DNA from: Candidatus Hydrogenedentota bacterium
GTDB lineage: Bacteria > Hydrogenedentota > Hydrogenedentia > Hydrogenedentales > GCA-2746185
Length of the DNA: 24,165 bases
Assembly (NCBI GenBank): GCA_046583315.1
Contig: JAYGCN010000040.1
Coordinates: 1-24,165 of the forward strand
Reading direction: 5' to 3'
A program made the position numbers and the translations under genes. Every line of letters starts with the position of its first letter. The first letter of the stretch is position 1. Below, piece by piece: positions 8,512-17,157 of this stretch. The notes under the pieces are model-generated. The model made no database searches. It worked only from the letters and a program-made list of their open reading frames with translations, and was not told the origin of the DNA.

Positions 8512-9377
8512 TGCAGGGGGTGCAATTCGTGCAGGACCGCCATGGTCGCCTTGGATTGGTTGAGCACGTAGAAGTGCAGACCGCGCACGCCGTGTTTGAG
8601 CAGCGCGTTGGTCTGCGCGATGGCGAAGTCGATTCCGATGGTGAACTGGGATTCTTTGTCATCTCCCGCAGCCTCGAAGCGCGCGGATAATTCGCTTGGT
8701 CTTGATGCGCCCAGTGAGGTGACTTTCGTGAGTTGACCTCCGCTGGTGATTGGCATGATGCCCGGTATGATGGGAATCGATATCCCTTCGGTCACGCATC
8801 GGTCACGAAAACGGTAGAAATCGTCGTTATCGAAAAATAGCTGCGTGATAATGATGTCCGCGCCGGCATCTACTTTGCGCTTCAGATTGTCGATATCCAC
8901 GTCCAACGATTCCGCTTCGGGATGGACCTCGGGATAGCCGCCCACGCCGATGCCCAGATCCGGGAACTCCGTGTGCAGCAAATCGACCAGTTCGTTGGCG
9001 TAGGCAAATCCGCCCTGCGTGACCGTAAATGTTTCTTCGCCCTCGGGAATATCGCCGCGTATCGCCACGATATTGTCAACGCCGGCATCAATCGTCTTGC
9101 GGACATAGGCGCGAATGTCGTCGGCCGTGGCTTGGACACAGGTGAGATGAGAGGCGAGGGGTACTTCGGTGAGCTTGCGCACGGTCTCGAGAGTGGTCAA
9201 GGTGCGGTCCCGCGTGCTTCCCCCGGCACCGTATGTGCAGGTGATGAAATGTGGGTTGTAGGTAAGCAGGCGTTTCAGGTTTTCTTCGAGGTTCGCCATG
9301 CCTTTGTCCGTTTTCGGCGGGAACAGCTCGTAGGACAGCACAAATTTATTGTCTTGGTATATGGATGAAAAACGCAT
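8508..9377 (-). CDS. metF: 5,10-methylenetetrahydrofolate reductase
   Basis: SYELFPPKT, TYGAGGS, HLTCV, A.RGD.P, GYPE.HPE, LKRKVDAGAD..ITQLFFD, PIIPGIMP and LHFY.LN. Start set at ATG 9377 (MRFSSIY) with an AAAGGAAG RBS upstream. Confidence 0.95.
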   Translation of the reverse strand: MRFSSIYQDNKFVLSYELFPPKTDKGMANLEENLKRLLTYNPHFITCTYGAGGSTRDRTLTTLETVRKLTEVPLASHLTCVQATADDIRAYVRKTIDAGVDNIVAIRGDIPEGEETFTVTQGGFAYANELVDLLHTEFPDLGIGVGGYPEVHPEAESLDVDIDNLKRKVDAGADIIITQLFFDNDDFYRFRDRCVTEGISIPIIPGIMPITSGGQLTKVTSLGASRPSELSARFEAAGDDKESQFTIGIDFAIAQTNALLKHGVRGLHFYVLNQSKATMAVLHELHPLH

Positions 9378-9538
9378 GGCTTCCTTTGTGGTTCTAATAC
9401 GGACGTTAGGGTAGCGATTCGGGGCGTGAATTCGCAAGTCTGCTCCCCGGGACCTCTAGGAAAAAGTCCCGTTGCTGTTCGATTTGGTTCCCCAATCGAG
9501 GAACGATTCCGGCGCTCAGAGGGACTTATGGGTATCCA

Positions 9539-9567
9539 CGAATGTTGTCCGTCGAATGTTGTCCGTC
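9539..9567. repeat. Perfect 14-bp tandem direct repeat in the metF-metH intergenic region
   Basis: CGAATGTTGTCCGT at 9539-9552 and again at 9553-9566, followed by one more matching C. Confidence 0.9.
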
Positions 9568-9588
9568 TTTCGTGGAATCAATTATAAT
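9559..9588 (+). promoter_or_regulatory. Putative sigma70 promoter of metH
   Basis: TTGTCC (9559-9564), an 18-nt spacer, then a perfect TATAAT (9583-9588), 35 nt before the metH start. Confidence 0.55.
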
Positions 9589-9623
9589 GTCCGCTATTTT
9601 GTACACAGCTACAGGGAATCCAC

Positions 9624-12600
9624 GTGAATTTTTTAGATGCACTGCAAACACAGGTAATTGTTATCGACGGCGCGATGGGTACGATGATCCAGAATCTGGA
9701 TTTGACGGATCAGGATTTCGGAGGGTCCGATTACCGCATGCTCGGCGATTTGCTCACCTTTTCGAATCCTGATGCGATCGAAGAGATCCATTTTCAGTAT
9801 TTTTCGTCCGGGGCCAACGCGGTGGAAACGAACACCTTCGGCGCGTCCACCTTTCGACTTTCTGAATACGATTTTTCGAAGTTGGATCTGACCAGGTTTA
9901 ATGATTTGCCGGAGGGATTCGATCCGCGCACGGCTTCACACGAAGAGTTGGCGTATCAACTAAATAAACTTGGGGCCGAACTGGCTGTGAAGGCTCGTAC
10001 GCGCTACGCCGAGGCCGATGAGTATGATGGACGACCGCTGTTTGTCATCGGCTCGATCGGGCCGTCCAATCGTGTGCTCTCCAGGACGAGTGCCGATTTG
10101 CGGCTGTCTACCTTCGACGAAATCAAAGAGAATTTTTACCATCAGGTTCTCGGGCTCATTGATGGCGCTGCGAATGTGTTGCTGTATGAGACGCAACAGG
10201 ATATTCTTGAGGTGAAAGCCGCCGTCATGGGCGGTCAGGACGCGATGGCGGAACGTGGTGTAAAATTGCCGATCATGGTTCAGGTGACGGTGGATGAATT
10301 CTCGAAGATGCAGATCTTCAACACGGACATTCATGCCGCGCTGGTGACGTGCCAGGGAATCGGGATTGACACTTTCGGCATCAACTGCAGCATCGGGCCT
10401 GATTTGATGATTAAGACGGTGGAGACACTTTCCAAATATTCGCCGCTGCCGATTTCAGTGGTTCCGAATGCGGGACTGCCGGTGTCTGAGAACGGGCAGA
10501 CGGTGTACAAGTATACGCCCGATATGCTGGCTGACCATCTTCTCGAGTTTGTAAGCAAGTACGGGGTAAACGTGGTCGGCGGATGTTGCGGAACGGGTCC
10601 GGATCACATCCGCGCGATTGCGGCGAAGGTAAAAGGATTAACGCCCGCGACGCGCGAGATCGATAACGCTGCGTATTTGTCGGGACCTCAACAGGCGATT
10701 CGTCTTGACAGCAGCGAGGCCCTTATTCGGGTCGGGGAACGCCTCAACGTGCGCGGATCAGCGAAGGTGCGTAATGCCGTTGAAAATGGTGGTGCAATCG
10801 AACATGAAGTGCTCGAAGAGGTCGTTCGGGAACAGATCGAGGATCTCGGCCTGACAGTGATCGATGTGTGTATGGATTCGAATCAGGTGGACACGACGGA
10901 TACGCTCAAGGACGTCATCTACCATCAGACAGATGATTTTTCCGGGGCGATGTGTCTGGATTCCTTTGGCGTGGATACGCTGGAAGAGGCCATTAAGATC
11001 TACCCGGGACGTCCGCTGGTGAATTCGATGTCGCTTGAGGATGTCCGCGACGGCGTGAGCAAGATTCAGGCTGTCATCGAGGCGACCGGGGCCCACAATC
11101 CAATGTATGTCGCGTTGGCGGCCGATTTTGAAGGCCCTGCGGCGACGCGTGAGAAGAAGGCTGAACTCGCGCAGAAAATTGTCGATGAAGCGGGACAATA
11201 CGGTGTCGTGCCGGGACAGATTTTCGTGGACATGAATGTCTTTCCGCTGGGTTCGGAGTCGGATCCGGATATGAACTTCGCGTTGGAGTCCCTCGAGGCG
11301 ATTCCGCTCATCAAAGCGATTCATCCGGACCTCAAAACGATTTGTGGTGTCGGCAATCTGTCCAATGGATTGGCGAAGAAGCCTTACATGCGTAAAGTGC
11401 TGACATCGGTGTGGCTGGATGAAGGGCGCAAGCGCGGCCTTGATGCGGCCATCGTGAATCCGAATCATTACGTGTTCGTCGAGGATTTGGAAAAGCACGA
11501 CTATGAGCTCGCGCTGAAAGCGATCCTTGAACGCGATATGGATGCGTTTGAAGAGTTGGAGGTCATTGCTGAAGCCAAAAAAGGCATCGTGGTCGTGAAG
11601 CGCACATCCTACGATGACCTCGGTGCAGAAGAAGCGATTTGCGAGAAGGTGTTTAATGGCCACAAAGAGCGCGTTGCGGGTTCGGTGGAAATCGGTGGCC
11701 ACATATTCGAATACGCCGATGCCATCGTAATTCAGGCGGCGGAAATTACTGAACGCCATGAGCCGCTGACGTTCATCAATGACTTTCTGATGGTCACCAT
11801 GCAGAAACTTGGCGATGGCTTCGGGCGTGGGGAAGTGTCGCTGCCTCACCTGCTGAAATCAGCTGACGTGATGAAGCAGGTGATGAGTTTCCTTGAAGAG
11901 TTCATGAAGGTGAAATCGGGAGTCGATCTGCATTCGGAAATAAAATACAAAGGCACCATTATTCTGGGTACGGTGTATCAGGACGTGCATTCCATCGGGA
12001 AGGACCTGGCCAAAACGTTGTTTGAAAACTACGGCTACAAGGTTATCGATATGGGCGTGATGACGCCGTTGCAGGGATACATTGATGCGGCGAAAGAGCA
12101 CAACGCCGACGCGATCGGCATGTCCGCGCTGCTGGTTCAGACGTCAAATCACATGATTACCGTGTCCAAAATGCTCAAGGAGCAGGGCATGGACGAAACC
12201 TACGTGCTTATTGGCGGCGCGCCGGTGAGTGATCGGCATGCGGCCTATGTCGCGATGGCGGGTGAGGACGATATCGCCACGATGCGCAAGAATGTTTTCT
12301 ATTGCGCGACCGCGATGGACGGGGTAAACGTCATGAACGAGTTGCTGTCCGCCGATGACGTGAACACGGTGATGCAGCGTAATTATGAAAAATTGTCGCG
12401 ACGCTATGCGCGGGCCGAAGTGCGTGCCAAGGAAGATGAGGCGTTGCTGGAGTCACTCCCGGCGCGCGCGATACCCTTTGATGAGTATGTCTTGCCTGAT
12501 TCGCCGTGGTCGGCTGTCGAGAAAATCGAGATGAGCGTGGCTGAATTTTCGCCCAACATCAATCGTCGCAGTTTATATTCGCTGAACTGGCGTTTTGGTG

Positions 12601-13244
12601 GTAAGACGAAGCGTGAACAGCAGGGGATTGACGAGTCGTTTCTGGAAGCGCTGTACGATGAGTGGGTGAACAAGACCACCGAACACGGCTGGCTCAGACC
12701 GCAGGGACTTTTCGGAATTCTGCCGTGTTATCGCGACGGGGACGAGGTTGTTGTCCTGGACGTTACTGACCACACGACTGAGGTGTGCCGCTTCGACTAT
12801 ACAACGGTCATCGGTTCGGGAAAAGAGGATGTCGTGAATGGTGCGCACTATTTCCGTGAAAGGGGTGACGACACGCTTGATGCCATCGGTATTCAGATAG
12901 CCTCTGCGGGTCCGGATATTCACGAACAGCTCACGGTGTACAAGGAAGCCGGGGATACGGAGTCTGCTCTGTTCTTGCAGGGACTCTCCGATAGGCTCGC
13001 CGAAGATATGGCGGGATATATTCATGATTCCTTGCGCAAAAAACTGCACATCAAACTGAATGACGGCACACGTTGGTCGCCGGGTTATCCGGGAATGACG
13101 AATATGGAGAACAACCATCGGATTTTTGAGCTACTCGATACGGGAAACCGGCTTGGAGTATCGATTACCGAAGTGGGCGAATTTCACCCGACGGGATGCA
13201 CCGCTGCGGTGATCTCGTTTCATCCATTGGCCCGATATAGTTAG
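9624..13244 (+). CDS. metH: Cobalamin-dependent methionine synthase (all four modules)
   Basis: Hcy domain (DGAMGTMIQ, ETNTF, GSIGP, GINC, PNAGLP, GGCCGT), pterin domain (GERLN), B12 cap and binding domain (DVHSIGK, GMSALL, IGGA) and reactivation domain (R.SPGYP, HP.ARY). 1206 aa, GTG start. Confidence 0.95.
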   Translation: MNFLDALQTQVIVIDGAMGTMIQNLDLTDQDFGGSDYRMLGDLLTFSNPDAIEEIHFQYFSSGANAVETNTFGASTFRLSEYDFSKLDLTRFNDLPEGFDPRTASHEELAYQLNKLGAELAVKARTRYAEADEYDGRPLFVIGSIGPSNRVLSRTSADLRLSTFDEIKENFYHQVLGLIDGAANVLLYETQQDILEVKAAVMGGQDAMAERGVKLPIMVQVTVDEFSKMQIFNTDIHAALVTCQGIGIDTFGINCSIGPDLMIKTVETLSKYSPLPISVVPNAGLPVSENGQTVYKYTPDMLADHLLEFVSKYGVNVVGGCCGTGPDHIRAIAAKVKGLTPATREIDNAAYLSGPQQAIRLDSSEALIRVGERLNVRGSAKVRNAVENGGAIEHEVLEEVVREQIEDLGLTVIDVCMDSNQVDTTDTLKDVIYHQTDDFSGAMCLDSFGVDTLEEAIKIYPGRPLVNSMSLEDVRDGVSKIQAVIEATGAHNPMYVALAADFEGPAATREKKAELAQKIVDEAGQYGVVPGQIFVDMNVFPLGSESDPDMNFALESLEAIPLIKAIHPDLKTICGVGNLSNGLAKKPYMRKVLTSVWLDEGRKRGLDAAIVNPNHYVFVEDLEKHDYELALKAILERDMDAFEELEVIAEAKKGIVVVKRTSYDDLGAEEAICEKVFNGHKERVAGSVEIGGHIFEYADAIVIQAAEITERHEPLTFINDFLMVTMQKLGDGFGRGEVSLPHLLKSADVMKQVMSFLEEFMKVKSGVDLHSEIKYKGTIILGTVYQDVHSIGKDLAKTLFENYGYKVIDMGVMTPLQGYIDAAKEHNADAIGMSALLVQTSNHMITVSKMLKEQGMDETYVLIGGAPVSDRHAAYVAMAGEDDIATMRKNVFYCATAMDGVNVMNELLSADDVNTVMQRNYEKLSRRYARAEVRAKEDEALLESLPARAIPFDEYVLPDSPWSAVEKIEMSVAEFSPNINRRSLYSLNWRFGGKTKREQQGIDESFLEALYDEWVNKTTEHGWLRPQGLFGILPCYRDGDEVVVLDVTDHTTEVCRFDYTTVIGSGKEDVVNGAHYFRERGDDTLDAIGIQIASAGPDIHEQLTVYKEAGDTESALFLQGLSDRLAEDMAGYIHDSLRKKLHIKLNDGTRWSPGYPGMTNMENNHRIFELLDTGNRLGVSITEVGEFHPTGCTAAVISFHPLARYS

Positions 13245-13262
13245 AAAAGTGTGCATATAGGC

Positions 13263-13292
13263 TGGACTGTCATGAATCGTTGTAATTATACT
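13263..13292 (+). promoter_or_regulatory. Possible promoter of the SLC13 permease, inside an imperfect inverted repeat
   Basis: TGGACT (13263-13268), an 18-nt spacer, then TATACT (13287-13292). Confidence 0.35.
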
Positions 13293-13336
13293 AAGGATAA
13301 TGACGATTCGATGATGTCTTTTGATGGAGTGAGTTT

Positions 13337-15142
13337 GTGACCTGGGAAATCTGGTTTGTTGCCGGCGTAATCGTCTTGATCATCGCCGCGTTGATTCGCA
13401 ATTGGGGACCGCCCGACATGGTTTTGTTGGGCGGCTCGCTTGTGTGCGGGTTGGTGGGCATCATATCGCCGGAGCAGGTATTCAGCGGATTCGTGAATCA
13501 GGGTACGCTTACGATTGCGGCGTTGTTTGTGGTGGCTGGAGCGATGTCCGAGACCGGCGCGCTTGAAAGTGTGCAGCGCTGGATTTTCGGTCGCGCGAAA
13601 ACCGAGAAAGAAGGGCTGAGAAGGCTCGCGCTATCTGTGTCGACCATGTCGGCGCTATTCAACAACACGCCGATCGTGGCGATGTTGATGCCGGTGGTGA
13701 ATGAATGGTGCCGCAAGAACGGGATCTCTCCGTCCCGCATATTGATGCCGCTGTCGTTCCTGGCGATTTTGGGGGGCACGTGCACGCTCATCGGCACGAG
13801 CACGCATCTGGCGGTGAACGGACTCATCCTGTCTACACTCGCGTCTACTCCTGAGCTAAACGATTCGTTGCGCCCACTACAGCTTTTTGAATTGGCGTGG
13901 GTCGGAGTACCCTTTGTGTTTGTGGGTATTCTCTACATCCTTTTCATCGGCCGCCATTGGTTGCCGGAGCGTAAAGACCTGATGCAGAGCATTGAGAGTT
14001 CACCGCGTGAGTATTTTGCGGAGATGCAGATTCAGGCAGACTGCGCGCTGATCGGTCAAGACATTGAGGCGGCGGGACTTCGCCATCTTCCCGGATTGTT
14101 CCTGATGGAAATCGTTCGCGGGGATACGGTCATTACGCCGGTACGTCCTGAGCAGGTTCTTGAACAGGACGACGTACTTACTTTTGCGGGCGTCGTGAGT
14201 ACGATGGTCGATCTGGAGCGCAAGTTTCAGGGATTGGTGCCGGTTGCGGATGAGAATTACGAGGATCGTTCCTCGGAGCGCCGGGGTAAATATTTGTGTG
14301 AGGCGGTCATCTCGTCGCGATCGCCGCTCATCGCGAAAAGCATTCGTGATGCGGATTTCCGGGCGATGTACAATGCAGCCATTATTGCCGTGCATCGCGG
14401 TGGCGGTCGTATTCAGGGACGCATCGGCGACATCGTGTTGCGGGCCGGGGATACACTTTTGCTTCAGGCGGGTCATGAGTTCGGGCGTCTGCATCACAAC
14501 AACCCGGACTTTTATCTGGTGAGCGACATTGAAGGGTCGCAGGCCTTACGTCACGAAAAAGTCTGGGTCAGCTCAGCGTTAATGGTGTTGCTCATTATTT
14601 TGATGACGATTCCCTCGGTGCCGGTTGTTTACGCGGCGTTTGTCGTGGCGGGTCTCATGATATTCACCGGGTGCCTATCGAGCACCGAAGCGCGCGAGAG
14701 TATCGATTGGCCCACTTTGATAACGATTGGGTCCGCCTTCGGATTGGGTTATGCGCTGGAGGAATCTCAAGCGGCTCAGTTACTGGGAGACACTCTCGTG
14801 GGCATCGCAGGGGCATCCAGTAGCTATATGTTGTTGGGGCTCGTCTACCTCGTTACAGGGATTTTCGCGGCGGTGGTCTCGAGCAAGGCTGCGGCGGTGC
14901 TGATGTATCCCGTCGCTTTGGCGGTCGCGTTTCAGGTGGGTCTGAGTCCCCAGCCCTTCGTTTTGGCTATCATGTATTCGGCCGCAGCGTCCTTTGCCAC
15001 ACCGCTGGGATACCCGACGAATCTTATCGTGTATGGTCCTGGTGGGTACAAGTTCACCGACTTTATGCGGGTTGGGGTGCCGCTGAATCTGGTGCTGATG
15101 GTGATTGCCGTTTACCTCATCCCGAAGGTATGGGGATTTTAG
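13337..15142 (+). CDS. SLC13/CitMHS-family anion permease with two TrkA-C (RCK-C) domains
   Basis: Hydrophobic N- and C-terminal halves with SA..NNTP.VA, LGG.CTLIGTS and SFATPLGYPTNLIVYGPGGYKF.DF.RVG.PL. The central soluble region carries two TrkA-C repeats (L...D.L, L.AGD.LLL). Confidence 0.9.
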   Translation: MTWEIWFVAGVIVLIIAALIRNWGPPDMVLLGGSLVCGLVGIISPEQVFSGFVNQGTLTIAALFVVAGAMSETGALESVQRWIFGRAKTEKEGLRRLALSVSTMSALFNNTPIVAMLMPVVNEWCRKNGISPSRILMPLSFLAILGGTCTLIGTSTHLAVNGLILSTLASTPELNDSLRPLQLFELAWVGVPFVFVGILYILFIGRHWLPERKDLMQSIESSPREYFAEMQIQADCALIGQDIEAAGLRHLPGLFLMEIVRGDTVITPVRPEQVLEQDDVLTFAGVVSTMVDLERKFQGLVPVADENYEDRSSERRGKYLCEAVISSRSPLIAKSIRDADFRAMYNAAIIAVHRGGGRIQGRIGDIVLRAGDTLLLQAGHEFGRLHHNNPDFYLVSDIEGSQALRHEKVWVSSALMVLLIILMTIPSVPVVYAAFVVAGLMIFTGCLSSTEARESIDWPTLITIGSAFGLGYALEESQAAQLLGDTLVGIAGASSSYMLLGLVYLVTGIFAAVVSSKAAAVLMYPVALAVAFQVGLSPQPFVLAIMYSAAASFATPLGYPTNLIVYGPGGYKFTDFMRVGVPLNLVLMVIAVYLIPKVWGF

Positions 15143-15723
15143 GGAATGGTCGATTCGCTGTTTTCGGCGACGATCGCGGTCATCATGTTCACCAACTCGG
15201 TGAAGGGGGCGATTTCGGGATAGGTCGGGTTAATGTCACGCGCGGCTTCAATATACCGCCTTGCCCGTAAGACGATAGGGGAAAGGTGGCGAGCCGGTAT
15301 TTGAGCATCCAGCAGTTTTGTGAATTGCTCCATACATACCTTGGCGGATTCGATGTTGCAGATTAGCTCGAAATATTCGTCTGAGAATCGTTCGATATGG
15401 TGGGTTCCGCCATTCTCGTGATAGAGCGCGAGAGCGGTCTGGAGTTCGCCTTCTGCGATGGCTGGACGAAAATCGTCTTTCCACAGTAAATACGATCGAC
15501 CGAGGTAAAAGTGTGCGCCTGGGTGTTCCGGGTTGTCGAGCAGGAATTCACGTAGCACGCGTCGCGCTTCATCCCAGCGGGCTTCCCGACAAAGGTACTC
15601 CCCGCGTGCGAAAAGGTCTTCTTCGCCATCGGTTTGTGTAGTGGGCTGATTCCGAGTGTACGCAAAAAAGAGAATCCCCAGAACAAGTAAACCTGCTCCG
15701 AGGATTCCCAATATTCGTGTCAT
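15139..15723 (-). CDS. Membrane-anchored tetratricopeptide-repeat protein
   Basis: N-terminal hydrophobic helix (ILGILGAGLLVLGILFFAY) and TPR-like helices (LFARGEYL.....WDEA...L...L..NP....AHFYLGRSY). It starts 11 nt after the upstream gene ends. Confidence 0.75.
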   Translation of the reverse strand: MTRILGILGAGLLVLGILFFAYTRNQPTTQTDGEEDLFARGEYLCREARWDEARRVLREFLLDNPEHPGAHFYLGRSYLLWKDDFRPAIAEGELQTALALYHENGGTHHIERFSDEYFELICNIESAKVCMEQFTKLLDAQIPARHLSPIVLRARRYIEAARDINPTYPEIAPFTELVNMMTAIVAENSESTIP

Positions 15724-15734
15724 TTAGTTAATCG

Positions 15735-17135
15735 CTATTCGTTGTTCCAGCGCGGTTGCATGCGGAAGAACGCGGTGTTCGCACCGACCCGACAGAATAT
15801 GGATATTTCGGCTGGTTTCGATTCAGAGAGTTCTGCGATGACGGCCTCGAAGTCTTCGAGGTTTGCGATGGGATTGTCGCCGATAGCCTGAATGACGTAG
15901 TTGGGTCGAAGACGGGCCAGAGATGCCGGACTTCCCGATTTGACCTTGCGAATGATTACTCCCTTGTCGTTGTCGGATAGATTGAGCGCGATTCGCACGT
16001 CGGTGGTCAGTTCGCGCGCGGTGATTCCGAAGACGGTATCTTCGAATTCGTTGGCGTCGCGGCCGGCAGTTGGACGCTTGGTCAGCGTGAGCGCAATTTC
16101 CATTTCTTTGCCATCTCGATAAAAGCGGATGGGCAGGGGCTGGTTCAAGACGCTTTCGCGGACCATTTTGGTAAACGCGACAACATCCTGATCTTGTTTC
16201 GCTGTCACGGGTGTGTTGCCGAACAGGGTGATGACATCGCCTGACTTGAATCCGGCCTTATGCGCGGGTGAACCGGAAATAACGGTGCTCACAATGATGC
16301 CGCCCTCATCGGGAAGTTCCCAATACCGGGCATATTCTTCGGTAAGCGGCTGCGTAAATACGCCGAGGTATGCATTGTCATCTTCTCCACTGGGAGGATT
16401 CTCAATGTACTTTGCGAAGAGGTCGGTCTGGTATAGCAGGGGGTAACCGCTGCGCGTGTAGATATCGCCACCTTCGTTGCTGGATAGATCGAAGCCGACC
16501 ACACCGACCGCGTCGCCTGCGGCGTTGAACACCGGCCCGCCGATAAAGCCGAAGGATACGGTGGAATCCAGCGCGTAGGTTTGTCGCGGCTCAGTCAAGA
16601 TTGCGCCGATGCGCCGCGATTGTATCGCTTTGGAATAATCGAAGTTCTGATTGAGCAGACCAACGGTGAGCAATGGATCGCCGAGCTCAAGATTGGATTC
16701 CTGCTTGAAGTCGACATAGGCGAATTCGACATCTTCATCCTCCTCATTGGCTTCGATCTGCAGGAAGACGACGTTAATGTCTTTGGGCTTCTTTAATATG
16801 GTCGCATCATATTCTTCTTCATCGTCTCCTGTACCCACGATGACCTTGATATTGATAGGCTTGCGATTTTCCAGGGACATGTGTCCATAGGCCAGCAACA
16901 GCCCGTCTTCCGAAACGACGATACCGGTTGTGTACGACGCGCGCAGACTGGTTTCCCCGGTACTTGAATTCCTGATTTCAATGGAATAGGAAATGCGGCA
17001 CAGAGCATCCATGTAATGTTTTTCGATAGACTGATAGACGCTCTTGCCGATTGAATCGGCACTGACCGGTGAGGAGATGAGAAATGTGCATGTCAATGCA
17101 GCAACTGAGAAAGCGACCTGGATAGAACGAGTCAT
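15735..17135 (-). CDS. Secreted trypsin-like domain plus 2 PDZ protein (HtrA/DegP-like), catalytic residues degenerate
   Basis: Start set at ATG 17135 (MTRSIQV) with a CAGGAGT RBS and a signal peptide ending VSA. Trypsin-fold elements TGIVVSEDG.LL...H and GGPVFN..G..VGV are present, plus two PDZ domains (YLGV...SPA.KAG...GDVI; FGIT...SPA..A.L). The nucleophile motif reads GFIGGP. Confidence 0.85.
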   Translation of the reverse strand: MTRSIQVAFSVAALTCTFLISSPVSADSIGKSVYQSIEKHYMDALCRISYSIEIRNSSTGETSLRASYTTGIVVSEDGLLLAYGHMSLENRKPINIKVIVGTGDDEEEYDATILKKPKDINVVFLQIEANEEDEDVEFAYVDFKQESNLELGDPLLTVGLLNQNFDYSKAIQSRRIGAILTEPRQTYALDSTVSFGFIGGPVFNAAGDAVGVVGFDLSSNEGGDIYTRSGYPLLYQTDLFAKYIENPPSGEDDNAYLGVFTQPLTEEYARYWELPDEGGIIVSTVISGSPAHKAGFKSGDVITLFGNTPVTAKQDQDVVAFTKMVRESVLNQPLPIRFYRDGKEMEIALTLTKRPTAGRDANEFEDTVFGITARELTTDVRIALNLSDNDKGVIIRKVKSGSPASLARLRPNYVIQAIGDNPIANLEDFEAVIAELSESKPAEISIFCRVGANTAFFRMQPRWNNE

Positions 17136-17157
17136 AATGCACTCCTGAAAAAATTCG

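Noticed and set aside
9378..9437. N-terminal extension of metF given by the ORF track
   Set aside because: Homology-like sequence begins near MRFSSIY, and an RBS precedes the ATG at 9377.
9438..9470. ZTP (pfl) riboswitch-like CGGGGAGC on the minus strand before metF
   Set aside because: The upstream GACTGGCG and downstream CGCCTGGG pseudoknot elements are not present.
9470..9518. Partial SAH riboswitch resemblance on the plus strand (CGTTGC ... CGGCGCTCA)
   Set aside because: The required GAGGAGCG 5' segment and CAGGCTC element are missing, and the segment lies upstream of the predicted metH promoter.
9539..9567. Tandem repeat considered as a CRISPR remnant
   Set aside because: Only two adjacent 14-bp copies, no spacers and no cas genes in the window.
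9542..9772. 76-aa plus-strand ORF starting in the tandem repeat (possible leader peptide)
   Set aside because: It overlaps metH out of frame, starts upstream of the predicted promoter and has no RBS or Met-rich run.
10758..11849. 363-aa minus-strand ORF inside metH
   Set aside because: Antisense shadow of metH with no recognisable domain features.
13321..13336. GATGGAGT resembling the fluoride riboswitch core
   Set aside because: No flanking P1 stem or pseudoknot. It is simply the GGAG RBS of the permease.
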